Position numbers and translations under genes: made by a program
Notes under the pieces: model-generated
What the model saw: the letters and a program-made list of their open reading frames with translations, nothing else
Databases searched by the model: none
Told to the model about the DNA's origin: nothing
Shown here: positions 1-15,100 of the stretch, piece after piece
Numbering within the stretch: position 1 is the first letter of the stretch
How the letters are laid out: each line of letters starts with the position of its first letter
NCBI GenBank assembly: GCA_964016885.1
Contig: OZ024755.1
Location: 44,268,001 to 44,332,000 of the forward strand
Direction: 5' to 3'
Origin: Eledone cirrhosa
Taxonomy: Eukaryota
DNA length: 64,000 nt

Positions 1-570
1 GTACCACAGTTGACATTACCAACATATACTGTGTACCACAGCTGACAATACCAACATATACTTGTACCTCAGTTGACAGTACTACCATATATTGTGTACC
101 ACCGTTGACAATACCAACGTATACTGTGTACGACAGTTGACAGTACCAACGTATACTGTGCACCACAGTTGACAGTACCAACATATACTGTGTACCACAG
201 TTGACAATACCAACATATACTGTGTACCACAGTTGACAATACCAACACATATAGTGTACCAGAGTTGACAATACCAACACATATAGTGTACCACAGTTGA
301 CAGTACCAACGTATACTGTGTACCACAGTTGCCAATGCCAACATATACTGTGTACCACAGTTGAGAGTACCAACATGTACCGTGTACCACAGTTGACAGT
401 ACCAACGTATACTGTGTACCACAGTTGACAGTACCAACGTATACTGTTTACCACAGTTGACAATACCAACATATACTGTGTACCTCAGTTGACAGTACCC
501 ACATATACTGTGTACCACAGTTGACAGTTCCAACATATAAGGTGTACCACTGTTGATACTACCGACATAT
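1..570 (+). repeat. Variant block with a close copy at about 31082-31650 (offset 31,081 bp)
   Basis: The linked rare variants GTGTACGACAG (about 127 and 31208) and AGTGTACCAGAG (about 253 and 31334) are shared. ORFs 69..536 and 31150..31617 are near-identical. Confidence 0.8.
33..127 (+). repeat. First copy of a recurrent 3-monomer landmark cassette containing a 31-bp deletion monomer (...CAGCTGACA[A/C]TACCAACATATACTT|GTACCTCAGTTGACAGTACTACCATATATTGT|GTACCACCGTTGACAATACC...)
   Basis: The CTTGTA deletion junction is seen at about 61, 892, 1595, 2490, 4569, 5272, 6199, 8182, 11893, 12532, 13363, 14386, 15313, 17232, 17935, 20110, 21388, 21835, 23018, 24265, 31142, 31813, 32516, 33059, 33666, 34593, 35136, 35743, 36670, 38205, 39612, 40667, 41274, 42553, 43352, 43959, 44854, 46165, 46868, 48083, 48786, 49457, 51217, 53488, 56048, 56943 and 62829 (47 by manual count; the 8182 and 56048 copies are partial or diverged). 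Confidence 0.93.
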
Positions 571-3500
571 ACTGTGTAGCACAGTTGACAGTACTAACAT
601 ATATTGTGTACCACAGTTGAGAGTACCACCATATACTGGGTACCACTGTTGACAGTACCAACATATACTGTGTACCACAGTTGACAGTACCAACATATAC
701 TGTGTACCATAGTTGACAGTACCAACATATCCTGTGTACCTCAGTTGTCAGTACCAACATATACTGTATACCACAGTTGACAGTACCAACATATACTGTG
801 TACCTCTGTTGACAGTACCAACATATACCGTGTACCACAGTTGACAGTACCAACATATACTGTGTACCACAGCTGACACTACCAACATATACTTGTACCT
901 CAATTGACAGTACTACCATATATTGTGTACCACCGTTGACAATACCAACGTATACTGTGTACCACAGTTGACAGTACCAACGTATACTGTGCACCACAGT
1001 TGACAGTACCAACATATACTGTGTACCACAGTTGACAATACCAACATATACTGTGTACCACAGTTGACAATACCAACACATATAGTGTACCACAGTTGAC
1101 AGTACCAACGTATACTGTGTACCACAGTTGCCAATGCCAACATATACTGTGTACCACAGTTGAGAGTACCAACATGTAACGTGTACCACAGTTGACACTA
1201 CCAACGTATACTGTGTACCACAGTTGACAATACCAACATATACTGTGTACCACAGTTGACAGTACCAACATATACTGTGTACCACAGTTGAAAGTACCAA
1301 CGTATACTGTGTACCACAGTTGACAACACCAACATATACTGTGTACCACAGTTGACAGTACCAACATATACTGTATACCACAGTTGACAGTACCAACATA
1401 TACTGTGTACCACAGTTGACAGTACCAACATATACTGTGTACCACAGTTGACAGTACCAACATATACTGTATACCACAGTTGACAGTACCAACATATACT
1501 GTGTACCACTGTTGACAGTACCAACATATACCGTGTACCACAGTTGACAGTACCAACATATACTGTGTACCACAGCTGACACTACCAACATATACTTGTA
1601 CCTCAGTTGACAGTACTACCATATATTGTGTACCACCGTTGACAATACCAACGTATACTGTGTACCACAGTTGACAGTACCAACGTATACTGTGCACCAC
1701 AGTTGACAGTACCAAAATATACTGTGTACCACAGTTGACAATACCAACATATACTGTGTACCACAGTTGACAATACCAACACATATAGTGTACCACAGTT
1801 GACAGTACCAACGTATACTGTGTACCACAGTTGCCAATGCCAACATATACTGTGTACCACAGTTGAGAGTACCAACATATACTGTGTACCACAGTTGACA
1901 GTACCAACATATACTGTGTACCACATTTGACAGTACCAACATATACTGTGTACCACAGTTGACAGTACCAATGTATACTGTGTACCACAGTTGACAGTAC
2001 CAACATATACTGTGTACCACAGTTGACAGTACCAACATATACTGTGTACCATAGTTGACATTACCAACGTATATTGTGTTCCACAGTTGACAGTACCAAC
2101 ATGTACTGTGTACCATAGTTGACAGTACCAACGTATACTGTGTACCACAGTTGACAGTACCAACGTATACTGTGTACCACAGTTGACAGTACCAACATAT
2201 AATGTGTACCACAGTTGACAGTACCATCATATACTGTGTACCACAGTTGACAGTACCAACATATATTGTGTACCACAGTTGACAGTACCAACATATACTG
2301 TGTACCATAGTTGATATTACCAACGTATATTGTGTACCACAGTTGACAGTACCATCATATACTGTATACCACAGTTGACAGTACCAACATATACTGTGTA
2401 CCACTGTTGACAGTACCAATATATACCGTGTACCACAGTTGACAGTACCAACATATACTGTGTACCACAGCTGACACTACCAACATATACTTGTACCTCA
2501 GTTGACAGTACTACCATATATTGTGTACCACCGTTGACAATACCAACGTATACTGTGTACCACAGTTGACAGTACCAACGTATACTGTGCACCACAGTTG
2601 ACAGTACCAACATATACTGTGTACCACAGTTGACAATACCAACATATACTGTGTACCACAGTTGACAATACCAACACATATAGTGTACCACATTTGACAG
2701 TACCAACGTATATTGTGCACCACAGTTGCCAATGCCAACATATACTGTGTACCACAGTTGAGAGTACCAACATATACTGTGTACCACAGTTGAAAGTACC
2801 AACGTATACTGTGTACCACAGTTGACAACACCAACATATACTGTGTATCACAGTTGACAGTACCAACATATACTGTATACCACAGTTGACAGTACCAACA
2901 TATACTGTGTACCACAGTTGACAGTACCAACATATACTGTGTACCACAGTTGACAGTACCAACATATACTGTATACCACAGTTGACAGTACCAACATATA
3001 CTGTGTACCACTGTTGACTGTACCAACATATACTGTGTACCCTAGTTGACATTACCAACGTATATTGTGTACCATAGTTGACAGTAGCAACATGTACTGT
3101 GTACCACAGTTGACAGTAACAACGTATACTGTGTACCACAGTTGACAGTACCAACGTATACTGTGTACCACAATTGACAGTACCAACGTATACTGTGCAC
3201 CACAGTTGACAGTACCAACATATACTGTGTACCACAGTTGACAATACCAACATATACTGTGTACCACAGTTGACAATACCAACACATATGGTGTACCACA
3301 GTTGACAGTACCAACGTATACTGTGTACCACAGTTGCCAATGCCATCATATACTGTGTACCACAGTTGAGAGTAACAACATATACTGTGTACCACAGTTG
3401 ACAGTACCAACATATACTGTGTACCACAGTTGACAGTACCAACATATACTGTGTACCACAGTTGACAGTACCAATGTATACTGTGTACCACAGTTGACAG

Positions 3501-3879
3501 TACCAACATATAGTGTGTACCACAGTTGACAGTACCAACATATACTGTGTACCCTAGTTGACATTACCAACGTATATTGTGTACCACAGTTGACAGTACC
3601 AACATGTACTGTGTACCACAGTTGACAGTACCAACGTATACTGTGTACCACAGTTGACAGTATCAACGTATACTGTGTACCACAGTTGACAGTACCAACA
3701 TATAACGTGTACCACAGTTGGCAGTACCATCATATACTCTGTACCACAGTTGACAGTACCAACATATATCGTGTACCACAGTTGACAGTACCAACATATA
3801 CTGTGTACCTCAGTTAACAGTACCCACATATACTGTGTACCACAGTTGACAGTACCAACATATACTGTGTACCACAGTT

Positions 3880-6190
3880 GACAGTACCAACATATACTGT
3901 ATACCACAGTTGACAGTACCAACATATACTGTGTACCTCAGTTAACAGTACCCACATATACTGTGTACCACAGTTGACAGTATAAACATATACTGTGTAC
4001 CACAGTTGACAGTACCATCATATACTTTGTACCACAGTTAACAGTACCAACATATAGTGTGTACCACAGTTGACAGTACCAACGTATACTGTCTACCACA
4101 GTTGACAGTACCAACGTATACTGTTTACCACAGTTGACAATACCAACATATACTGTGTACCAGAGTTGACAGTACCCACATATACTGTGTACCACAGTTG
4201 ACAGTTCCAACATATAAGGTGTACCACTGTTGATACTACCGACATATACTGTGTAGCACAGTTGACAGTACTAACATATACTGTGTACCAAGGTTGAGAG
4301 TACCACCATATACTGGGTACCACTGTTGACAGTACCAACATATACTGTGTACCACAGTTGACAGTACCAACATATACTGTGTACCATAGTTGACAGTACC
4401 AACATATCCTGTGTACCTCAGTTGTCAGTACCAACATATACTGTATACCACAGTTGACAGTACCAACATATACTGTGTACCACTGTTGACAGTACCAACA
4501 TATACCGTGTACCACAGTTGACAGTACCAACATATACTGTGTACCACAGCTGACACTACCAACATATACTTGTACCTCAATTGACAGTACTACCATATAT
4601 TGTGTACCACCGTTGACAATACCAACGTATACTGTGTACCACAGTTGACAGTACCAACGTATACTGTGCACCACAGTTGACAGTACCAACATATACTGTG
4701 TACCACAGTTGACAATACCAACATATACTGTGTACCACAGTTGACAATACCAACACATATAGTGTACCACAGTTGACAGTACCAACGTATACTGTGTACC
4801 ACAGTTGCGAATGCCAACATATACTGTGTACCACAGTTGAGAGTACCAACATGTACCGTGTACCACAGTTGACACTACCAACGTATACTGTGTACCACAG
4901 TTGACAATACCAACATATACTGTGTACAACAGTTGACAGTACCAACATATACTGTGTACCACAGTTGAAAGTACCAACGTATACTGTGTACCACAGTTGA
5001 CAACACCAACATATACTGTGTACCACAGTTGACAGTACCAACATATACTGTATACCACAGTTGACAGTACCAACATATACTGTGTACCACAGTTGACAGT
5101 ACCAACATATACTGTGTACCACAGTTGACAGTACCAACATATACTGTATACCACAGTTGACAGTACCAACATATACTGTGTACCACTGTTGACAGTACCA
5201 ACATATACCGTGTACCACAGTTGACAGTACCAACATATACTGTGTACCACAGCTGACACTACCAACATATACTTGTACCTCAGTTGACAGTATTACCATA
5301 TATTGTGTACCACCGTTGACAATACCAACGTATACTGTGTACCACAGTTGACAGTACCAACGTATACTGTGCACCACAGTTGACAGTACCAAAATATACT
5401 GTGTACCACAGTTGACAATACCAACATATACTGTGTACCACAGTTGACAATACCAACACATATAGTGTACCACAGTTGACAGTACCAACGTATACTGTGT
5501 ACCACAGTTGCCAATGCCAACATATACTGTGTACCACAGTTGAGAGTACCAACATATACTGTGTACCACAGTTGACAGTACCAACATATACTGTGTACCA
5601 CAGTTGACAGTACCAACATATACTGTGTACCACAGTTGACAGTACCAATGTATACTGTGTACCACAGTTGACAGTACCAACATATACTGTGTACCACAGT
5701 TGACAGTACCAACATATACTGTGTACCATAGTTGACATTACCAACGTATATTTTGTTCCACAGTTGACAGTACCAACATGTACTGTGTACCACAGTTGAC
5801 AGTACCAACGTATACTGTGTACCACAGTTGACAGTACCAACGTATACTGTGTACCACAGTTGACAGTACCAACATATAATGTGTACCACAGTTGACAGTA
5901 CCATCATATACTGTGTACCACAGTTGACAGTACCAACATATATTGTGTACCACAGTTGACAGTACCAACATATACTGTGTACCATAGTTGACATTACCAA
6001 CGTATATTGTGTACCACAGTTGACAGTACCAACATATCCTGTGTACCTCAGTTGACAGTACCATCATATACTGTATACCACAGTTGACAGTACCAACATA
6101 TATTGTGTACCACTGTTGACAGTACCAATATATACCGTGTACCACAGTTGACAGTACCAACATATACTGTGTACCACAGCTGACACTACC
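3880..6190 (+). repeat. About 2.3-kb higher-order block, copied at about 16543-18853 (offset 12,663 bp)
   Basis: The ORF pairs 3938/16601, 4093/16756, 4577/17240, 4875/17538 and 5280/17943 all differ by 12,663. Shared rare variants include CAGTATAAAC, GTCTACC, GCGAATGCC and GTACAACAG. Boundaries are approximate. Confidence 0.85.
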
Positions 6191-9100
6191 AACATATACT
6201 TGTACCTCAGTTGACAGTACTACCATATATTGTGTACCACCGTTGACATTACCAACGTATACTGTGTACCACAGTTGACAGTACCAACGTATACTGTGCA
6301 CCACAGTTGACAGTACCAACATATACTGTGTACCACAGTTGACAATACCAACATATACTGTGTACCACAGTTGACAATACCAACACATATAGTGTACCAC
6401 AGTTGACAGTACCAACGTATATTGTGTACCACAGTTGCCAATGCCAACATATACTGTGTACCACAGTTGAGAGTACCAACATGTAACGTGTACCACAGTT
6501 GACAGTACCAACGTATACTATTTACCACAGTTGACAATACCAACATATACTGTGTACCACAGTTGACAGTACCAACATATACTGTGTACCACAGTTGAAA
6601 GTACCAACGTATACTGTGTACCACAGTTGACAACACCAACATATACTGTGTATCACAGTTGACACTACCAACATATACTGTATACCACAGTTGACAGTAC
6701 CAACATATACTGTGTACCACAGTTGACAGTACCAACATATACTGTGTACCACAGTTGACAGTACCAACATATACTGTATACCACAGTTGACAGTACCAAC
6801 ATATACTGTGTACCACTGTTGACAGTACCAACATATACTGTGTACCCTAGTTGACATTACCAACGTATATTGTGTACCACAGTTGACAGTACCAACATGT
6901 ACTGTGTACCACAGTTGACAGTACCAACGTATACTGTGTACCACAGTTGACAGTACCAACGTATACTGTGTACCACAGTTGACAGTACCAACGTATACTG
7001 TGCACCACAGTTGAGAGTACCAACATATACTGTGTACCACAGTTGACAATACCAACATATACTGTGTACCACAGTTGACAATACCAACACATATAGTGTA
7101 CCACAGTTGACAGTACCAACGTATACTGTGTACCACAGTTGCCAATGCCATCATATACTGTGTACCGCAGTTGAGAGTAACAACATATACTGTGTACCAC
7201 AGTTGACAGTACCAACATATACTGTGTACCACAGTTGACAGTACCAACATATACTGTGTACCACAGTTGACAGTACCAATGTATACTGTGTACCACAGTT
7301 GACAGTACCAACATATACTGTGTACCACAGTTGACAGTACCAACATATACTGTGTACCCTAGTTGACACTACCAACGTATATTGTGTACCACAGTTGACA
7401 GTACCAACATGTACTGTGTACCACAGTTGTCAGTACCAACGTATACTGTGTACCACAGTTGACAGTACCAACGTATACTGTGTACCACAGTTGACAGTAC
7501 CAACATATAACGTGTACCACAGTTGGCAGTACCATCATATACTCTGTACCACAGTTGACAGTACCAACATATATCGTGTACCACAGTTAACAGTACCAAC
7601 ATATACTGTGTACCATAGTTGACATTACCAACGTATATTGTGTACCACAGTTGACAGTACCAACATACACCGTGTACAACAGTTGACAGTACCAACATAT
7701 ACTGTGTACCACAGTTGCGAGTACCAACATAAACTGTGTACCACAGTTGACAGTACCAACATATACTGTGTACCACAGTTGACAGTACCAACATATACTG
7801 TGTACCACTGTTGACAGTACCAACATATACCGTGTACCACAGTTGACAGTACCAACATATACTGTGTACCTCAGTTAACAGTACCCACATATACTGTGTA
7901 CCACAGTTGACAGTATAAACATATACTGTGTACCACAGTTGACAGTACCATCATATACTTTGTACCACAGTTAACAGTACCAACATATACTGTGTACCAC
8001 AGTTGACAGTACCAACGTATACTGTCTACCACAGTTGACAGTACCAACATATACTGTGTACCACAGTTGACAGTACCATCATATACATTGTACCTCAGTT
8101 GACAGTACCAACATATACTGTGTACCACAGTTGACAGTACCAACATATACTGTGTACAACAGCTGACACTACCAACATATACTTGTACCTCAGTTGACAG
8201 TACTAACATATACTATGTACCACAGTTGACAGTACCAACATATACTGTGTACCACAGTTGACAGTACCAACATATACTGTGTACCACAGTTGACAGTACC
8301 AACATATACTCGGTGCCACTTTTCACAGTACCAACATATACTGTGTACCACAGTTGACAATACCAACGTATACTGTGTACCACATTTGACAGTACCAACG
8401 TATACTGTGTACCACAGTTGACAGTACCAACATATACTGTGTACCACAGTTGACAGTACCAACATATACTGTGTACCACAGTTGACAGTACTAACATATA
8501 CTGTGTACTACAGTTGACAGTACCAACATATACTGTGTACCACAGTTGACAGTACCAACATGTACTGTGTACCACAGTTGACAGTACCAACATATACTGT
8601 GTACCACAGTTGGCAGTACCAACATATACAGTGTACCACAGTTGACAGTACCAACATATACTGTGTACCACATTTGACAGTACCAACATATACTGTGTAC
8701 CACAGTTGACAGTACCAACATGTACCGTGAACCACAGTTGACAGTACCAACATATACTGTGTACCACAGTTGAGAGTACCAACGTATAGTGTGTACCACA
8801 GTTGACAGTACCAACATATACTGTGTACCACAGTTGACAGTACCAACATATACTGTGTACCACAGTTCACAGTACCAAAGTATACTGTGTACCACATTTG
8901 ACAGTACCAACATATACTGTGTACCACAGTTGACAGTACCAACATATACTGTGTACCACTGTTGACTATACCAACATATACTGTGTACCACATTTGACTG
9001 TACCAACATATACTGTGTACCACTGTTGACAGCACCAACATATACTGTGTACCACAGTTGACAGTACCAACATGTACCGTGTACCACAGTTGACAGTACC

Positions 9101-12100
9101 AACGTATACTGTGTATCACAGTTGACAATACAAACATATACTGTGTACCACAGTTGACAGTACCAACATATACTGTGTACCACAGTTGACAGTACCAACG
9201 TATACTGTGTACCACAGTTAACAGTACCAACGTATACTGGGTACCACATTTGACAGTACCAACATATACTGTGTACCACAGTTGACAGTACCAACGTATA
9301 GTGTGTACCACAATTGACGATACCAACATATACTGTGTACCACAGTTGACAGTACCAACATATACTGTATACCACAGTTGACAGTACCGACATATACTGT
9401 GTACCACAGTTGACAATACCAACATATACTTTGTACCACGGTTGACAGTACCAACGTATACTGTGTACCACTGTTGACAATATCAACATATACTGTGTAC
9501 CACAGTTGTCATTACCAACATATACAGTGTACCACAGTTGACAGTACCAACATATACTGTGTACCACAGTTGACAGTACCAACATATACTGTGTACCACA
9601 GTTGACAGTACCAACATGTACCGTGAACCACAGTTGACAGTACCAACGTATACTGTGTACCACAGTTGAATGTACCAGAGTATAGTGTGTACCACACTTG
9701 ACAGTCCCAACATATTCTGTATACCACAGTTGACAGTACCAACATATACTGTGTACCACTGTTGACAGTACCAACATATACAGTGTACCACTGTTGACAG
9801 TACCAACATATACCGTGTACCACAGTTGACAGTACCAACATATACTGTGTACCACAGTTGAGACTACCAACATATACTGGGTACGACTGTTGACAGTAAC
9901 AACATATACTATGTACCACAGTTGACAGTACCAACATATACTGTGTACCACAGTTGACAGTACCAACGTATACTGTGTACCACAGTTGACAGTACCAACG
10001 TATACTGGGTACCACATTTGACACTACCAACATATACTGTGTACCACAGTTGACAGTACCAACGTATACTGTGTACCACAGTTGACGATACCAACATATA
10101 CTGTGTACCACAGTTGACAGTACCAACATATACTGTATACCACAGTTGACAGTACCGACATATACTGTGTACCACAGTTGACAATACCAACATATACTTT
10201 GTACCACGGTTGACAGTACCAACGTATACTGTGTACCACTGTTGACAATATCAACATATACTGTGTACCACAGTTGACATTACCAACATATACAGTGTAC
10301 CACAGTTGACAGTAGCAACATATACTGTGTACCACAGTTGACAGTACCAACATATACTGTGTACCACAGTTGACAGTACCAACATATACTGTGTACCATA
10401 GTTGATAGTACCAACGTATATTGTGTACCACAGTTGAGAGTACCAACATACACCGTGTACGACAGTTGACAGTAAAAACATATACCGTGTACCACAGTTG
10501 AGAGTACCAACATAAACTGTGTACCACAGTTGACAGTACCAACATATACTGTGTACCACAGTTGACAGTACCAACATATACTGTGTACCACAGTTGACAG
10601 TACCAACATATACTGTATACCACAGTTGACAGTACCAACATATACTGTGTACCACAGTTGACAGTACCAACATATACTGTGTACCACAGTTGACAGTACC
10701 AACATATACTGTGTACCACAGTTGACAGTACTAACATATACTGTGTACTACAGTTGACAGTACCAACATATATTGTGTACCACAGTTGACAGTACCAACA
10801 TATACTGTGTACCACAGTTGGCAGTACCAACATATAATGTGTACCTCAGTTGACAGTACCAACATATACTGTGTACCACAGTTGACAGTACCAACGTATA
10901 CTGTGTACCACAGTTGACAGTACCAACGTATACTGTGTACCACAGTTGACAGTACCAATATATACTGTGTAACACAGTTGACAATACCAACATATAATGT
11001 GTACCACAGTTGACAGTACCAACGTATACTGTGAACCACTGTTGGCAATACCAACATATACTGTGTACTACAGTTGACAGAACCAACATATACAGTGTAC
11101 CACGGTTGACAGTACCAACATATACTGTGTACCACAGTTGACAGTACCAACATATACTGTGTACCACAGTTGACAGAACCAACATGTACCGTGAACCACA
11201 GTTGACAGTACCAACGTATACTGTGTACCACAGTTGAGAGTACCAACGTATAGTGTGCACCACAGTTGACAGTACCAACATATACTGTGTACCACAGTTG
11301 ACAGTACCAACATATACTGTGTACCACAGTTCACAGTACCAACGTATACTGTGTACCACATTTGACAGTACCAACATATACTGTGTACCACAGTTGACAG
11401 TACCAACATATACTGTGTACCACTTTTGACAGTACCAACATATACCGTGTATCACATTTGACAGTACCAACATATACTGTGTACCACTGTTGACAGTACC
11501 AACGTATACTGTGTACCACAGTTGACAATACCAACATATACTGTGTACCACAGTTGACAGTACCAACATATACTGTGTACCACAGTTGAAAGTACCAACG
11601 TATACTGTGTACCACAGTTGACAACACCAACATATACTGTGTACCACAGTTGACAGTACCAACATATACTGTATACCACAGTTGACAGTACCAACATATA
11701 CTGTGTACCACAGTTGACAGTACCAACATATACTGTGTACCACAGTTGACAGTACCAACATATACTGTATACCAGAGTTGACAGTACCAACATATACTGT
11801 GTACCACTGTTGACAGTACCAACATATACAGTGTACCACAGTTGACATTACCAACATATACTGTGTACCACAGCTGACAATACCAACATATACTTGTACC
11901 TCAGTTGACAGTACTACCATATATTGTGTACCACCTTTGACAATACCAACGGATACTGTGTACCACAGTTGACAGTACCAACGTATACTGTGCACCACAG
12001 TTGACAGTACCAACATATACTGTGTACCACAGTTGACAATACCAACATATACTGTGTACCACAGTTGACAATACCAACACATATAGTGTACCACAGTTGA

Positions 12101-15100
12101 CAATACCAACACATATAGTGTACCACAGTTGACAGTACCAACGTATACTGTGTACCACAGTTGCCAATGCCAACATATACTGTGTGCCTCAGTTGAGAGT
12201 ACCAACATGTACCGTGTACCACAGTTAAGAGTACCAACGTATACTGTGTACCACAGTTGACAGTACCAACGTATACTGTTTACCACAGTTGACAATACCA
12301 ACATATACTCTGTACCAGAGTTGACAGTACCCACATATACTGTGTACCACAGTTGACAGTTCCAACATATAAGGTGTACCACTGTTGATACTACCGACAT
12401 ATACTGTGTAGCACAGTTGACAGTACTAACATATACTGTGTACCACAGTTGAGAGTACCACCATATACTGGGTACCACTGTTGACAGTACCAACATATAC
12501 TGTGTACCACAGCTGACACTACCAACATATACTTGTACCTCAGTTGACAGTATTACCATATATTGTGTACCACCGTTGACAATACCAACGTATACTGTGT
12601 ACCACAGTTGACAGTACCAACGTATACTGTGCACCACAGTTGACAGTACCAAAATATACTGTGTACCACAGTTGACAATACCAACATATACTGTGTACCA
12701 CAGTTGACAATACCAACACATATAGTGTACCACAGTTGACAGTACCAACGTATACTGTGTACCACAGTTGCCAATGCCAACATATACTGTGTACCACAGT
12801 TGAGAGTACCAACATATACTGTGTACCACAGTTGACAGTACCAACATATACTGTGTACCACAGTTGACAGTACCAACATATACTGTGTACCACAGTTGAC
12901 AGTACCAATGTATACTGTGTACCACAGTTGACAGTACCAACATATACTGTGTACCACAATTGACAGTACCAACATATACTGTGTACCATAGTTGACATTA
13001 CCAACGTATATTGTGTTCCACAGTTGACAGTACCAACATGTACTGTGTACCACAGTTGACAGTACCAACGTATACTGTGTACCACAGTTGACAGTACCAA
13101 CGTATACTGTGTACCACAGTTGACAGTACCAACATATACTGTGTACCACAGTTGACAGTACCATCATATACTGTGTACCACAGTTGACAGTACCAACATA
13201 TCCTGTGTACCTCAGTTGACAGTACCAACATATACTGTATACCACAGTTGACAGTACCAACATATACTGTGTACCACTGTTGAGAGTACCAATATATACC
13301 GTGTACCACAGTTGACAGTACCAACATATACTGTGTACCACAGCTGACACTACCAACATATACTTGTACGTCAGTTGACAGTACTACCATATATTGTGTA
13401 CCACCGTTGACAATACCAACGTATACTGTGTACCACAGTTGACAGTACCAACGTATACTGTGCACCACAGTTGACAGTACCAACATATACTGTGTACCAC
13501 AGTTGACAATACCAACATATATTGTGTACCACAGTTGACAATACCAACACATATAGTGTACCACAGTTGACAGTACCAACGTATATTGTGTACCACAGTT
13601 GCCAATGCCAACATATACTGTGTACCACAGTTGAGAGTACCAACATGTACCGTGTACCACAGTTGACAGTACCAACGTATACTGTGTACAACAGTTGACA
13701 ATACCAACATATACTGTGTACCACAGTTGACAGTACCAACATATACTGTGTACCCTAGTTGAAAGTACCAACGTATACTGTGTACCACAGTTGACAACAC
13801 CAACATATACTGTGTATCACAGTTGACAGTACCAACATATACTGTATACCACAGTTGACAGTACCAACATATACTGTGTACCACAGTTGACAGTACCAAC
13901 GTATACTGTGTACCACAGTTGCGAATGCCAACATATACTGTGTACCACAGTTGAGAGTACCAACATGTACCGTGTACCACAGTTGACACTACCAACGTAT
14001 ACTGTGTACCACAGTTGACAATACCAACATATACTGTGTACCACAGTTGACAGTACCAACATATACTGTGTACCACAGTTGAAAGTACCAACGTATACTG
14101 TGTACCACAGTTGACAACACCAACATATACTGTGTACCACAGTTGACAGTACCAACATATACTGTATACCACAGTTGACAGTACCAACATATACTGTGTA
14201 CCACAGTTGACAGTACCAACATATACTGTGTACCACAGTTGACAGTACCAACATATACTGTATACCACAGTTGACAGTACCAACATATACTGTGTACCAC
14301 TGTTGACAGTACCAACATATACCGTGTACCACAGTTGACAGTACCAACATATACTGTGTACCACAGCTGACACTACCAACATATACTTGTACCTCAGTTG
14401 ACAGTATTACCATATATTGTGTACCACCGTTGACAATACCAACGTATACTGTGTACCACAGTTGACAGTACCAACGTATACTGTGCACCACAGTTGACAG
14501 TACCAAAATATACTGTGTACCACAGTTGACAATACCAACATATACTGTGTACCACAGTTGACAATACCAACACATATAGTGTACCACAGTTGACAGTACC
14601 AACATATACTGTGTACCACAGTTGCCAATGCCAACATATACTGTGTACCACAGTTGAGAGTACCAACATATACTGTGTACCACAGTTGACAGTACCAACA
14701 TATACTGTGTACCACAGTTGACAGTACCAACATATACTGTGTACCACAGTTGACAGTACCAATGTATACTGTGTACCACAGTTGACAGTACCAACATATA
14801 CTGTGTACCACAGTTGACAATATCAACATATACTGTGTACCATAGTTGACATTACCAACGTATATTGTGTTCCACAGTTGACAGTACCAACATGTACTGT
14901 GTACCATAGTTGACAGTACCAACGTATACTGTGTACCACAGTTGACAGTACCAACGTATACTGTGTACCACAGTTGACAGTACCAACATATAATGTGTAC
15001 CACAGTTGACAGTACCATCATATACTGTGTACCACAGTTGACAGTAACAACATATATTGTGTACCACAGTTGACAGTACCAACATATACTGTGTACCATA

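Noticed and set aside
24-30. TATA-like (CATATAC) or bacterial -35 (TTGACA) promoter elements in each monomer
   Set aside because: TTGACA is present in the consensus, but the TATACT hexamer lies 9 bp downstream rather than about 17 bp. Short motif matches in a satellite are not evidence of promoter function.
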